From Leucoraja erinacea (Eukaryota), in assembly GCF_028641065.1 (NCBI RefSeq), contig NW_026576619.1, positions 186,001 through 250,000 of the forward strand: a DNA stretch of 64,000 nucleotides, written 5' to 3'. The notes under the pieces are model-generated. The model was given only the letters and a program-made list of their open reading frames with translations. It was not told where the DNA came from and did no database searches. Below, piece after piece: positions 34,601-47,370 of the stretch. Each line of letters begins with the position of its first letter. The first letter of the stretch is position 1. The position numbers were made by a program, and so were the translations under genes.

Positions 34601-37600
34601 CCAGTGGTCCTGGGCGGACAGTGACAGCGTGGGGTGGGGAGGAGGACGAGGCCCCAGTGGTCTTGTTCACACAGTGGTGGCGTTGTTTCCCACCGCAGGT
34701 CATGGGAGAGAGTCGACCTGTGCCATGTGTCGGTTGGGGGGGGGGGGGGGGGGGGGGGGGGGGCTGGGATGGTCTATTGCGGGCCTGTGCGGACTGTGAT
34801 GGTGTTGTTTCCTGTCCGCAGGCCATGGTGGAGAGTCGATACGTGCCATGTGCCGGGCCACGGGCGCGAGGATCGTGTGTGAAAAGCACCCAGGTGACGG
34901 GGCGGTGGGATTCAGGCGTGTGGTCAGTATCAGCGGCACCAAGCAGGAGGTGGCGTCTGCCAAGGTGAGCAGTGCCAGCTCCCCACCCCCTCCCCTCCCC
35001 CCCCCACCCCCACTGCTCCTGATGTGCTCCCCTCCCCCGGTGTTCCTGATGTGCTTAAACCCCTACCCCTGACCCAGCCTCTGCTTCCCCTCCCCCCCCA
35101 GGCCCTGGTCGTGGGGAAGATGGAGGAGGAGGAGATGTTCCGGGAGCAGCTGGCCTGCTCAGCCGCCGGCAGGAGACACCGCAAGCACCCGGCTGGCCGG
35201 CGTATGGACGGGGAGATGCCGTCAACAGCACTGGCACCAGGACAGTCACCGGTACTGGCCCCAGCACCGGCAGCCCCGGGCTCGCCCCAGCGTGGAGGGT
35301 GGACGCCCGGACACAGCAGGGAGGAGGGGCAGGAGCACAGAACAGAGCCCACCCTCAGGGTGGGAGGCGAAGAGGACACAGACGGAGGGGAGCGAGTTGC
35401 CACACATCAGCACACCAAGTTTGAAAGTAAGAACCTGTGCCTTGTTGCCCAGAGGGGCAGTGGCTGTTCTGTGTATTGCTTCTGTGGCAGGGGCAGATCT
35501 GGAGAGTGTGGTTCAGTGCCTGTTCCGTGTCTTGCCCGTGGCAGGGGCAGATGTGGAGAGTGTTCTGGGTGCTCTGGTTTCCTCAACACAAAGACATGCA
35601 GGTTTGTAGTTTATTTGGCCCCCAGTAAATTACTCTCTCGTGTGCGGAGAGTGGACTAGAAAGTGGGATAACATGGAACTTGTGTGAACGGGTGATCGAT
35701 GGTCGGAGTGGAGTTGGTGGGCTGAAGAGCCTGTATTTATGCTGTAACTTTAACAGTAGAGTTTGAATTGCACAGAAAAAGTGCAATGTCTGCAATGGGG
35801 TAGGATGGAAGATCGGGATTGCACCCTGGCAGCTGTCGAGGCATTGTCTTTTTTGTTTTTGATTTAGTTGCAGCATGGAAACGGGCCGTTCGGCCCCACC
35901 GAGTCTATGCTGACCAACAATCACCCATACACTAGGTCTATGTTATCCCACACATACGTCCGATACACGAGGGGCAGTTTTTAGAAGCCAATGAACCTGT
36001 ATATGTTTGGGATGTGGTAGGAAACTGGAACACCCGAAGATAACCCACGTGGTCACGGTGAGAAGGTATAGACAGCACCCGAGGTCAGGAGCGAACCTGG
36101 GCATCCTGTGCTGTGAGGCAGTGGCACTAACCGCTGCACCACCGTGCCGAGACCTGGTGTCGTGTGTGTGGTTGAACCTTGTCCGGGCTAGCAGACACCC
36201 ATTCCGGCCGATGGTGGGAGATAACAAGGTGTCCCTTGCCGTTCCCCCGTGAGTGCGACGTTTTACCCAGTCCCTTCTCTCCCACAGGCATTCCCGATCT
36301 GGAGTGTAATATTTCTTTCCTCCTTTCTCCACAGTTCCCAGTCCTGACTTCAGTTTCCTTGCAGACGAACATCTGGAAGTTTACGTCTCAGCTTCGGAAA
36401 ACCCCGGCCACTTCTGGATCCAGATCCTGGGCTCCAGGTGCCTGCAGCTGGACAACCTCTGCTCCGAGATGTCCCGCTACTACAGCAACTCCAGCAAAGC
36501 GGTAAGTGTGGCCCATGGCCAGGAAGGAGCTACACACCCACAGAGGGGCTGGGGGAGGATCTGTGCGATGGACTGGGCCACATCCACTACTCTCTGCAGT
36601 TTCTTGCAGTCCTGGGCGGAGCGGTGAAGCATGCTGATGAGTGTTGCAGAGGTGGTGTAGAAAGCACAGAAACATGGAACAATAGGTGCAGGCCTAGGCC
36701 ATTCGGCCCTTCGAGCCAGCACCGCCATTCATAGAAACATAGAAAATAGGTGCAGGCCTAGGCCATTCGGCCCTTCGAGCCAGCACCGCCATTCATAGAA
36801 ACATAGAAAATAGGTGCAGACCTAGGCCATTCGGCCCTTCGAGCCAGCACCGCCATTCAATATGATCATGGCTGATCATCCAAAATCAGTACCCCGTTCC
36901 TGCTTTCTTCCCATATCCCTTGATTGCTTTAGCCCTAAGAGCTAAATCTAACTCTCTCTTGAAAGCAGTACTCAGAGCTCTCTCCTCTCGCCTGGCAGTC
37001 GGGACCAGACTCACACTTCCCTCACAAACTCTCCACAGGGTGAGGCGTTCGTCCCAAAGATGGGGGACATCGTGGCAGCTCCCTTCCAGAACGACGGTTT
37101 CTGGTACCGAGCCTGTGTGTTGGGCTTCCTGCAAAACGGCAACGCTGACCTCTACTATGTGGATTACGGAGACAACGGAGAGGCAGCCCTGGCAAACATA
37201 CAGGTCCTCAGGTCAGTTGACACAACTTCCCTTATCTGTATCCACCCATCACACACAAGGACAACGTGCTGGAGTACCTGAGTTGGTCAGGCAACATCTC
37301 CAGAGATGCTTCCTGACCTGCTGAGTTACTCCAGAATTTTGTGGCCCTCTGAGTGATAGGTGGATATAAGACCATAAGACATGGAAGCAGAATTAGGCCA
37401 TTCAGCCCATCGAGTTTGCTCTCCCAGTTTATCATGGCTGATCTATTTTTCCCTCTCGACCCCGTCCTGCCTCCTTCCCTTGACCTTTGGAGCTCTCACT
37501 AATCAAGAACCGATCAATCTCTGCATTAATAAAACCCAATATCTTTAGCTCCACAGCCGTCTGCGGCAATTAGTTCCACCCACACTGCTTGTCCCGCTGA

Positions 37601-40600
37601 GTTCCCCCAGCCCTTTGTTTTATTGCTCAGGATTCTGCCATCTGCAGTCTCTTGCGTCACCACATTCCTACCCTTTACCTGCTTCGCCTCCACTCTACAC
37701 CGTCTTTCCTCTGTCTCCGTGTGTTTGTGTGTGAGCGCATGTGTGTACGTGCATATGTGTGTGTGTGTGAGCGCATGTGTGTACGAGCATATGTGTGTGT
37801 TTGTGTGTGAGCGCATGTGTGTACGTGCATATGTGTGTGTTTGTGAGCGCATGTGTGTACGTGCATATGTGTGTGTGTGTGAGCGCATGTGTGTACGTGC
37901 ATATGTGTGTGTGTGTGTGCCTATGTTTACATGCATTTGTGTGTGGATGTTTGTGTGCTGTGTGTGTGTATTCCTGTGCACGCGTGTTTGTGTGCAGTGT
38001 GAGTGCATTCGTGTGTGTGTGTGTGTGTGCACGCATGTGCGTGCGTGTCTCTGCCTCGCTTCCCTGTGTCCCCAGTCTCCTCATGGCGTTTGTGTTTTGT
38101 CTCCAGGAGTGATTTCCTGAGTCTGCCTTTTCAGGCCGTCGTCGAGTGCAGCATCGATGGAATTCGGCCCGTCGGTGAGTGGACCCACCAACAAAGGAGG
38201 TGCCGTGGTAGCCTAGCGCACCAACCTCTACCGGGCTGAGGCCAGGTGACAACTCTCAGACACCTCCTCCTACTTATCCTTGGACCATGATCCCACAGAC
38301 GAGCACTGGGCCTTAATCTCACACACCGTTACAGATTACATCATTTCTGGCTGTCTGCCGTCCACAGCTTCCAATCTTATTGTTTCCCAGCCCCGCACAG
38401 CCCAGTTTTTACCTTTTCCCCAAAATCCATCAACACAACAGCCCTGTCTGCCTGCTCCTGTCTCACGGAAATGTTTTCCACATACCTCGACTCCACCCTA
38501 TCTCTCCCGACCTATGTCCAAGATACCTCACATGCCCTTTGTCTCTTTAATGACTTCTGCTTTCCGAGCCCCCACTCCCTCATCTTTACAATGGACGTCC
38601 AGTCACTCTACACCTCCAGCCCCCACCACAAAGACCTTAACACCCTCCGTTTATTCCTCGACCGCAGAATCATCCAATTTCCCTCTACTAACCCTCACCC
38701 CCAACAGCTTCTCCTTTGACTCCTCCCACTTCCTCCAAGTCCAAGGCGTTGCGGTCTGTCTACTGAGTGAGGACTGTTGTGTTGTTCCAGGGGAGAGCTG
38801 GTCGGAGGCAGCCATGAACTGTTTTGATGGTCTCGCCCACTGTGCAGAGTGGAAGGTGCTGCTGGCTCGGATCTGTAGCTACCTGCAGAGTGAAGGGGTG
38901 ACCAGGCCACGGGTTCAGTTGTTCGACCGAAGACAGGGCAAGGTAGGTGTTCTGGGCAGCACTGGTGTAGGGTAGCTTCCTTTATTATCATCATGTGTAC
39001 TAATGTACAGTGCCGGGAAGTATGGATGTACAGTGCCGGGCAGCGTGGGTGTACAGTACTGGGCAGCACTGGTGTAAGGTAGCTTCCTTTATTATCATCA
39101 TGTGTACTAATGTACAGTGCCGGGAAGTACGGATGTACTGCGGTACAGTGCCGGGCACCACGGATGTACCAAGGCCCAGTACTGGGCAGCACAGGTGTAC
39201 AGTGGGCAGCACAGGTGTACAGTGCTGGGCACCACGGATGTACTAAGGCCCAGTACTGTACAGTGGGCACCACAGGTGTACAGTGGGCACCACGGGTGTA
39301 CGAATTATCCACGCCAGCCAACATGTCCCGGCTACACTGTGTTTGCATTTGGCCCATATCCCTCCAAACCTGCCCTATCCATGTATCTGTCTAACAGTTT
39401 CATAAACGTTGGGGTAGCCCCAGAGAACCTCCCAGTTCTCCCACTCGTCTTACTGTCTCCGCATACATTCTATCTTTGTCCCGCCCCCTCCCCTCACATT
39501 AGTCTGAAGCAGGGTCTCAACCCGAAACGTCGCCCATTCCTTCTCTCCAGTGCTGTCTTACCCGCTCAGTTACTCTGGCATTTTGTGTCTACCTCCACTG
39601 ACAGCTCGTTCCACACACCCACCACCCTTTGTGTGAAAAAGTTACTCCTCAGATTCCTATTAAATCTTTTCCCCTTGCACGATGACATGTAATCATGATT
39701 TCTCCCTACATTACTACACGTGATTGCACTCAAGTCATCCGCAGTGTACAGATGCAGGATAATGTTTAGTGTAAGCTAACGTCAAGATGGTCCGAGGGTC
39801 TCCAATGAGGTAGATGGGAGGTCAGGACCGCTCTCTAGTTGGTTATAGCATGGTTCAGTTGCCTGCTGATAGCTTTGGAAACTGGAGCACCTGGAGAAAA
39901 CCCACGTGGTCATGGAGAAGGTACAAACTCCGTACAGACAGCACCCATAGTCGGGATTGAACCAGGGTCTCTGACGCTGTGTGGCAGCAACTCTAACGCT
40001 GTGCCATTGGCTAAGCTGAATGGCCAAATTCTCCTCCCATGTCTTGTGATGTTATAAATGTCTCATCCTTGGAATATGTTCGCAATCTCTTTGGAGACTT
40101 TGCAAAGTGTTTCACCCTTGGGAGTGGGATGGTGGTGGTGGGAGCACCTGTTGGTTGTAGTTCCCAGCTGGGGCATTGAGCCACTTGCTGGCATGGGGCA
40201 GGTGTTGTGGGGAAGGTTTTGGTGTTGGGAGGGGGGGTGTGGGTGGTGTCTGGTCCGGGGTGTGCTGACGGGCTCTGTGTCTTGTCCCAAGAGCGTGGAT
40301 ATTGGTGAGGAGCTGGTGCGGCAGGGACACGCCGTGCGGTGCCCGCAGGGAGATGGAGCCACGGTGGCAGACGGAGCCGACACCCACTGGATGGTGGCAC
40401 CAACAAACCTGCAGACCCTGCTGGTAATGTCCACGCACAGTCCCATCCCACACACACAGTCTGGTCCCACACACGGGGCCCAGTCCCACACACACAGTCC
40501 CATCCCACACACGGGGCCCAGTCCCACACGCGATAGAGTGGATGCGGAGAGGATGTTTCCACTGGTGGGAGAGTCCAGGACCAGAGGTCACAGCCTCAGA

Positions 40601-42193
40601 ATTCAATGTCGCTCTTTTAGAAAGTGGGTGAGGAGGAATGTCTTTAGTCAGAGGGTGGTGAATCTGTGGAATTCATTGCCACAGACGGCTGTGGAGGACA
40701 AGTCAGTAGATATTTTTAAGGCAGAGATAGATAGATTCTTGATTAGAACGGATGTCAAGGTTTATGGGAAGACAGGAAAATGGGATTAGCCATGATTGAA
40801 TGGTGGAGAAGACACGAAGGGCCGAATGGCCTGATTCTTCTATAACGTGATCTCCATGGTTTTGAGGACCTCTTGCAGAACCAAAGGTCACAGCTCCCTT
40901 CGACGCCAGGAAGAAGAGCGGTGTGTGGGAGAGAGTGAGGAGCTACACTGTCTGTCTATGGACAGGTTTATAATGTGGGGGTGGACCAGGAGAGTGAGGG
41001 GCTTGGTGAAGGAAGAGGACAGACACAAGATGCTGGAGTAGAGAACATGGATAGGTGACGTTTCACAGAGTGCTGGAGTAACTCAGCGGGTCAGGCAGCA
41101 TCTGTGGAGAACATGGATAGGTGACGTTTCACAGAGTGCTGGAGTAACTCAGCGGGTCAGGCAGCATCTGTGGAGAACATGGATAGGTGACGTTTCACAG
41201 AGGGCTGGAGAAACTCAGCGGGTTCACAGAGGGCTGGAGTAACTCAGCGGGTCAGGCAGCATCTGTGGAGAACATGGATAGGTGACGTTTCACAGAGTGC
41301 AGGAGTAACTTAGCAGGTCAGGCAGCATCTGTGGAGAACATGGATAGGTGACGTTTCACAGAGTGCTGGAGTAACTCAGCGGGACAGGCAGCATCTGTGT
41401 AGAGAACATGGATAGGTGACGTTTCACAGAGTGCTGGAGTAACTCAGCGGGTCAGGCAGCATCTGTGGAGAACATGGATAGGTGACGTTTCGGGTCGAGT
41501 CTCTGCTCCCTACTGACCGCTCTGTGTTTAATTTAGAACGATGTGACTGGGGCCACGGATGGATGCGCCGTTTCTGAAGCGACTGCAGGAAGCACAAAGC
41601 CACAACTGCCCGAATCTTGGCAGAGTGTCGCGGGTACGCCTTAGGATGCCAGTCCAGCGCCTCACAAACGCTCGGCAACACCACGACTCATTCCCCGCAC
41701 AACCGACTGGAAAATGCTTCCCCTCACGAGAAGGGGAAACTCTGCGTTGGATTAATACAGTCACATAGCATGGAAACAGCCCCTTCAGCTCCTCCCCACA
41801 CACACCAACACTAGTCACATAAGCCTGTTTGGCCCATATCCCTCTAAACCTTTCCTATGCATTTCTCTGTCCAAATGTATTTGAAATGTTGTGAAAGTCC
41901 CAGCCTCAACTATCTCGTCTGGCAGCTTGTTCTATACACCCACCACCCTCTGTGTGGAGGAAAGTTATTACATGTTTTTATTGGTCACTGATTGCTTGGT
42001 ACAGCCCACCATCGACCACCCATTCACACTAGTTCTGTGCTATCCCACTTTCTCATCCACTCCCCACACACGTGGGCCAATTTACAGAGGGACAATTATC
42101 CTACTAACCCGCATGTCTTTGACGTGTGTTGTTGCAGGGCACCCTCTGGGCAGCAGCTCAGGAGCCGTCCCGGCTGATGACGAGTTTCTCTAG
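31608..42193 (+). CDS. TDRKH: Tudor and KH domain-containing protein (piRNA pathway), about 582 aa
   Basis: Coding exons: 31608-31728, 32872-32978, 34108-34315, 34822-34964, 35102-35426, 36335-36501, 37039-37211, 38107-38174, 38791-38942, 40292-40423, 41537-41633, 42138-42193; all phases join. N-terminal mitochondrial anchor (WSSLTTTQKVLLAVGLPAGAAMAYVFYRRY), KH1 (VKLIIGRQG), KH2 (VGRIIG|HGGESIR), extended Tudor (EVYVSASENPGHFWIQI, GDIVAAP...WYRA...YYVDYGD, DFLSLPFQA), ending ADDEFL*. Confidence 0.93.
38225..38745 (+). mobile_element. Penelope-like retroelement RT fragment in a TDRKH intron
   Basis: Degenerate frames give LPSTASNLIVSQPRTA..., TYVQDTSHAL, LIFTMDVQSLYTS...LRLFLD. Confidence 0.75.
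41040..41495 (-). repeat. 66-bp tandem array (same unit as 17445-17835, opposite orientation)
   Basis: GAGAACATGGATAGGTGACG recurs at 41041, 41107 and onward. Confidence 0.9.
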
Positions 42194-42234
42194 GACTGCA
42201 CCCCGTTTGCTCCAAGGTACTGACCCGTCCCATT

Positions 42235-42870
42235 ACCACTCACTCCCTCCATCGTTCTGCCTGCACCTCCTCCCTCCCCGTCTCTCTCATCCTGTGTCTC
42301 TCTCTCTCCCTAGCACCCTCTCTCTATCTCTCCCTCAGCACTGCCCTCTCCCTCACGTCCTGTCTCTCTCCCCCTCTCGCCCCTCTCATCCAGTCTCTCT
42401 CCGTCTCATCCTGTGTCTCCCTCTCCCTCTCATCTAGTCTCCTCTCCCTCTCATCCTGTCTCTCTCTCCACTCACCCTCTCATCCTCTCTCTATCTCTCC
42501 CTCTGCACTGCCCTCTCCCTCACGTCCTGCTCTCTCCCCCTCTCGCTCCTCTCATCCAGTCTCTCTCCGTCTCATTCTGTGTCTCCCTCTCATCCTGTCT
42601 CTCTCCCTCTCACCCCTATCCCTCTCATTCTGTGTCTCCCTCTCCCTCTCATCTAGTCTCCTCTCCCTCTCATCCAGTCTCTCTCCATATCATCCTGTCT
42701 CTCCCTCTCCCTCTCATCTAGTCTCCTCTCCCTCTCATCCAGTCTCTCTCCTCTCCCTCTCATCCTGTGTCTCTCCCTCTCTCCCCTATCCCTCTCATCC
42801 AGTCTCTCTCCTCTCCCTCTCATCCTCTGTGTCTCTCTCTCCCTCCATCTCTCTCCCACCTCCTGTCGTG
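42235..42870. repeat. CT-rich low-complexity tandem repeat in the TDRKH 3' UTR intron
   Basis: Reiterated CTCTCATCCTGTCTCTCTCC-type units. Confidence 0.8.
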
Positions 42871-45800
42871 TCTCCCACCTCAGGCTGGGGAGGGGCTGGG
42901 CATATACTGTAGTTGGGGCAGGGGTCTGCAGGTGCCGTGGAGAGGCAAGGCGTGGGAGACGCACGGGTCAGAGAGGGGTTGGACAGTAGGCGAGGGTTTG
43001 TCTGGGTGAGGATGGGCAAGGGGTCAGGGAATTACATGGGGTCAGGGACGGGTCAGCTGAACGCTGGCTGGACTGATGGGACCAGTGGGACCGGTGGGGT
43101 GAGGATGGGCAAGGGGTCAGGGAATTACAGGGGGTCAGGGAGGGGTCAGCTGGACGCTGGCTGGACTGATGGGGTGAGGATGGGCAAGGGGTCAGGGAAT
43201 TACATGGGGTCAGGGAGGGGTCAGCTGGAGGCTGGCTGGACTGATGGGACCGGTGGGGTGAGGATGGGCAAGGGGTCAGTGAATTACAGGGGGGCAGTGA
43301 GGGGGTGAGGCAGGGGTCAGCCACAGTGTGCTGGCCGGCATGGGTCTGTGCTCCCCTCTGACCCCTCTCCTCTTCCCCACAGGAGTGGCCCGGAGCTGTG
43401 AGCCAGGAACTTGCCTGAACGTGCGGAGCAGAGCGGAGCGGGTTCACAGTTACTCTTCTAAATAGTTTGTTTGAAAAGCCTTAACCCTGTCTGCCCCTTG
43501 CAGGGGTGGAGGGGTGAGGAGTCCCCCACAGGGTGGGGTGTCATGTGTAGGGTCAGGGTCAGCACTGTGGAGGGGGGGGTGGTGAGGGGGGGGGTTGAGC
43601 TGTGCTCACAGTAACACCTTCCCCTAGACATGGAATTGCCAGGGCATTCTTGGTTGTTCAAAATCCCCCTGGGAATTGTATTCATTCATAGAACACAAAA
43701 CAGTACAACACAGGAACAGGCCATTCGGCCCACAATGTCCGTGCCGTACATGAAGCCAAGTTAAACTAATCTCTGCCTGCACGTGATCTATATCTCTCCA
43801 TTCCCTGCATATCCACGTTGAACATCACTATTCTCTATGTATCCACTGGCACTGTGTTCCAGCCACCCACCACCCTCTGTGTTAATGTAAAATAACTTGT
43901 CCCTTTCACCTTAACCCTATGCCTTCTAGTCTTTGATATTTCCACCCCGGGGGGGAGGTTCTGTCCTATCGATGCCTCTCACAATGTTACTGACTTTTAT
44001 ATTGTCCCCCTGAAGTCTTTGTACTCCAGAGAAAAGGTCATGACTGGTAGTAGAATGAGGCCATTTGGCCCATCAAGTCTACTCCGCCATTCAATCATGG
44101 CTGATCTATCTCCCCATTCTCCTGCCTTCTCCCCATAACCCCTGACACCTGTCCGAGTCAAGAATCTAACTGCCTTAAAAAAATACTCACTGACTCACAA
44201 AATCTCCCCAGTCGTCTGTGGCAAAGAATTCCACAGATTCACCACCCTCTCACTAAAGAAATTTCTCCTCATCTCCTTCCTAAAATAATGCCCTTTAATT
44301 CTATACCTAGACTCTCCCACTAGTGGGAACATCCTCTCCACATCCACTCTATCCAAGCCTTTCACTATCCTGTATGTTTACAATCTTGGTTTGTCCAACG
44401 TCTCTAGAGCTCATTGCCTCTAATCCAGGCAGCATTCTGGTAAGAAGTCACAAGTAGACAGCATCTCTGGAGATCATAGATGGGGGGAGAGCAGTGAGAG
44501 AGGGTCTCGTAGAACTCCCGTTGGAGGGAGTAGGAGAACTTCAAAGTGGGTAGGAAGGAACTGCAGATGCCTGTTTAAATTGAAGATAGACACAAAATGT
44601 TGGAGTAACTCAGGAGAGAAGGAATGGGTAACGTTTTGGGTCAAAGATGGGTCTCGACCGGAAAAGTGTTACTCCAGCATTTTGTGATACTTATTCAATG
44701 TAGGCACATCTTGAGATTTGGCAGTGGAGCAGTGAAATATGGATAGGTGAAACTTCTCGTCCTTTTTCACCTCCTGCCTTTGTAACTTACCCACGCATCT
44801 GCCCGTCACCCCCCCCCCCCCCCCCCTCCCCTCACCTGTCATTACCAGACCAGCCTCTCCCCCACCCCACAAGCCACCATGAAGGGTCCCGACCTGAAAC
44901 ATCACCTATCCATGTTCTCCAAAGATGCTGCCTGATTAGCGAAGTTACTCCAGAACTCTGTGTCATAGAGTGATACAGTGTGTAAACGGGCCCTTGACAT
45001 ATCCCATATACGCTAGTCCCACCTGCCCACATTACATCCAAACCTGTCCAGTCCATGTACCTGTCTAACTCTCTCTCCCTCTCTGTGTGTCTATATTATG
45101 GAGCAGTACATCTGTATCTTTGGTGTAAACTAGCATCTGCAGTTCTTTGTTTCGCCATCACTTGGCTCAATGTTTTTGACGTTTACTGACTGTGCAGCAG
45201 AGACTAAGGGCAATAAAGGTTGGTTGAGTTCTCGAAGAATCTTCTCCGGTTTCTTGTCTGTCTGGTGTTGAGGAGCGTTTGGTTATAGTGCTGTGATTAT
45301 CGCTTGAAGTGGGGATGAATGGTAATCCCTGGTGCAGCGGTGAGATGCTGCCTCACAGCGTCAGAGGCCTGGGTTCCATACTCACTATGGGTTCGTCTGC
45401 GGGATCTCTAGTTCCTTGGTATACATGTAAATTGTCCAGGGGGTCGCTGGTCGGCGTTGGCACGGTTTCTGCGCTGTATCTCTAAACTAAACCAAATAAC
45501 TCATCTCCATTATGTCATGGGCTATGTGTGTGTGTGTGTGTGTGTGTGTACACAGCCCAGTCACACCCAACACTGCCCCCGGAGACAGGAGAATCAAGGA
45601 CGGAGCCACGAGCAGCAACGGACGCAAGGAGAGGGACATTGGGTTTAATTCGTTGAAACTTCTGATTCAATCAAATGTGTCCGAACATATTTACAAATCC
45701 GGAAAGAAAGTACAAAATAATGAAACAAAATTCGAATAAGTACAAACAATGTATTAACTTTCATAAATGATGAAACTACCAAAACAACTGGAGGTACTTG

Positions 45801-46974
45801 CAACGTAATCGGGGAGTTTGAAACGCATCTGAAGAAGGGATCCCACAGCCACGTCAATTATCCACGTTCATAACATAGAAAATAGGTGCAGGAGGAGGCC
45901 ATTCGGCCCGTCGAGCCAGCACCGCCATTCGATATGATCATGGCTGATCATTCAGATTCAGATTCAATTTTAATTGTCATTGTCAGTGTACAGTACAGAG
46001 ACAACGAAATGCATTAATCCAAAATTAGTACCCCGTTCCTGCCTTCTCTCCATACCCCTTGATTCCGTTAGCCTTAAGAGCTAAATCTAACTCTTGAAAA
46101 TACCCAGTGAATTGGCCTCCACTGCCTTCTGTGGCAGAGAATTCCACAGATTCACAACTCAATGGGTGAAAATGCACCCATGTGTCCTCCTGCACCTATG
46201 TTTCCCAGTTCTCCGACCAGCCTTACTGATTTCGACTGCATTTTACCTGTTTGGTTCCCAGCTAACAATGATCTATTCAACATTATCCTTGATCACCATT
46301 CCCTTTGCCCTGTTTTCACACCTTCAAACTTCCTTATCTATCTATTTCCATCCTCCCTGACGTCAGTCTGAAGAAGGGTCTCGACCCGAAACGTCACCCA
46401 TTCATTCTCTCTGGAGATGTTGCCCAGCCCTGCAGAATGACCCCAGTATGTTGTCTATACAGAGACAGGTTTAACCTTCAATACCAGGTGAACTAACTAG
46501 CCCCAGTTGCCCAGAGGATTGGGACCAGGTGGTTACAGAGGGCTGTCTGGCGCAGACACTGACAACTGGGGTGCAACTCACACACGATCTCGCCTACATT
46601 CACAGACTGTATCGGTTTGACTTTTCATACATTCAGAGACTTGAAAGACACGTTCACTGATGCAACATCGTTGACCAACAATCTCATCAAGATTGTCGCT
46701 TGAGGTGGCAACAGTGTTCGAGCTAGGCCTCTGTGTGGGTTTCCTGTTTACGCTCTTTGCTCTCGCCCAAAGGTCAGCCCGTTAGACCATCCTGTTTGCT
46801 CGTTCATCAAGGTCCCTGGAGGCCAGGCACCAACGCCATTAGCAACGCACATCCCGTGGAAGCTGTGAGAGGGTTTACCTGTCAAGTGTGGGCCTCGTTA
46901 ACCTGAACCAGAGTGGCTTTGCTTCTACTCCAGTAACGTGAGTGCTGCCTCGCCTGAGCAGCCCCGCACCGGGC

Positions 46975-47145
46975 ACGGTCACCAGACAGGGTCACCAGGC
47001 AGGGTCACCTGGCAGGGTCACCAGGCAGGGTCACCAGACAGGGTCACCAGGCAGGGTCACCAGACAGGGTCACCAGGCAGGGTCACCTGGCAGGGTCACC
47101 AGGCAGGGTCACCAGGCAGGGTCACCAGGCAGGGTCACCAGGCAG
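46975..47145 (+). repeat. 13-bp minisatellite (AGGGTCACCAGGC), about 13 copies
   Basis: Near-perfect units, ending about 230 bp upstream of the receptor A start codon. Confidence 0.9.
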
Positions 47146-47254
47146 AGGTGACCTTTAAAGTGATGCTCCTTCTCCGCCCTGCAGGAATGAACACATGGCC
47201 TGACATCCTCTTTAAGCCCCGTCAATCTTCCCCAAGTGGTTCAGGACCCGGCGG

Positions 47255-47270
47255 CCCCGCCCGCGGAAGT
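47255..47270 (+). promoter_or_regulatory. GC box plus ETS motif upstream of receptor A
   Basis: CCCCGCCC (47255-47262) and CGGAAGT (47264-47270), about 100 bp upstream of the ATG at 47371. Confidence 0.45.
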
Positions 47271-47370
47271 TGGCACCAAGCATCACCGAGCCAGAGGCTG
47301 AACCAAAGAGGCTCAACTCACCTCAGTCGGACACTTCGCCGGGAGCGCAGTACCAGCCGCCCACATCTCC

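Noticed and set aside
45567-45639. Leader-like minus-strand segment MSLSLRPLLLVAPSLILLSPGAVL with a phase-1 donor, suggesting a third receptor
   Set aside because: The donor is weak (GTGTGA) and no compatible downstream exon or Ig domain was found between 45566 and the TDRKH 3' end.
46681-46785. Hydrophobic stretch VFELGLCVGFLFTLFALA on the plus strand
   Set aside because: No start codon or good acceptor, bounded by stops, and not linkable to any gene.
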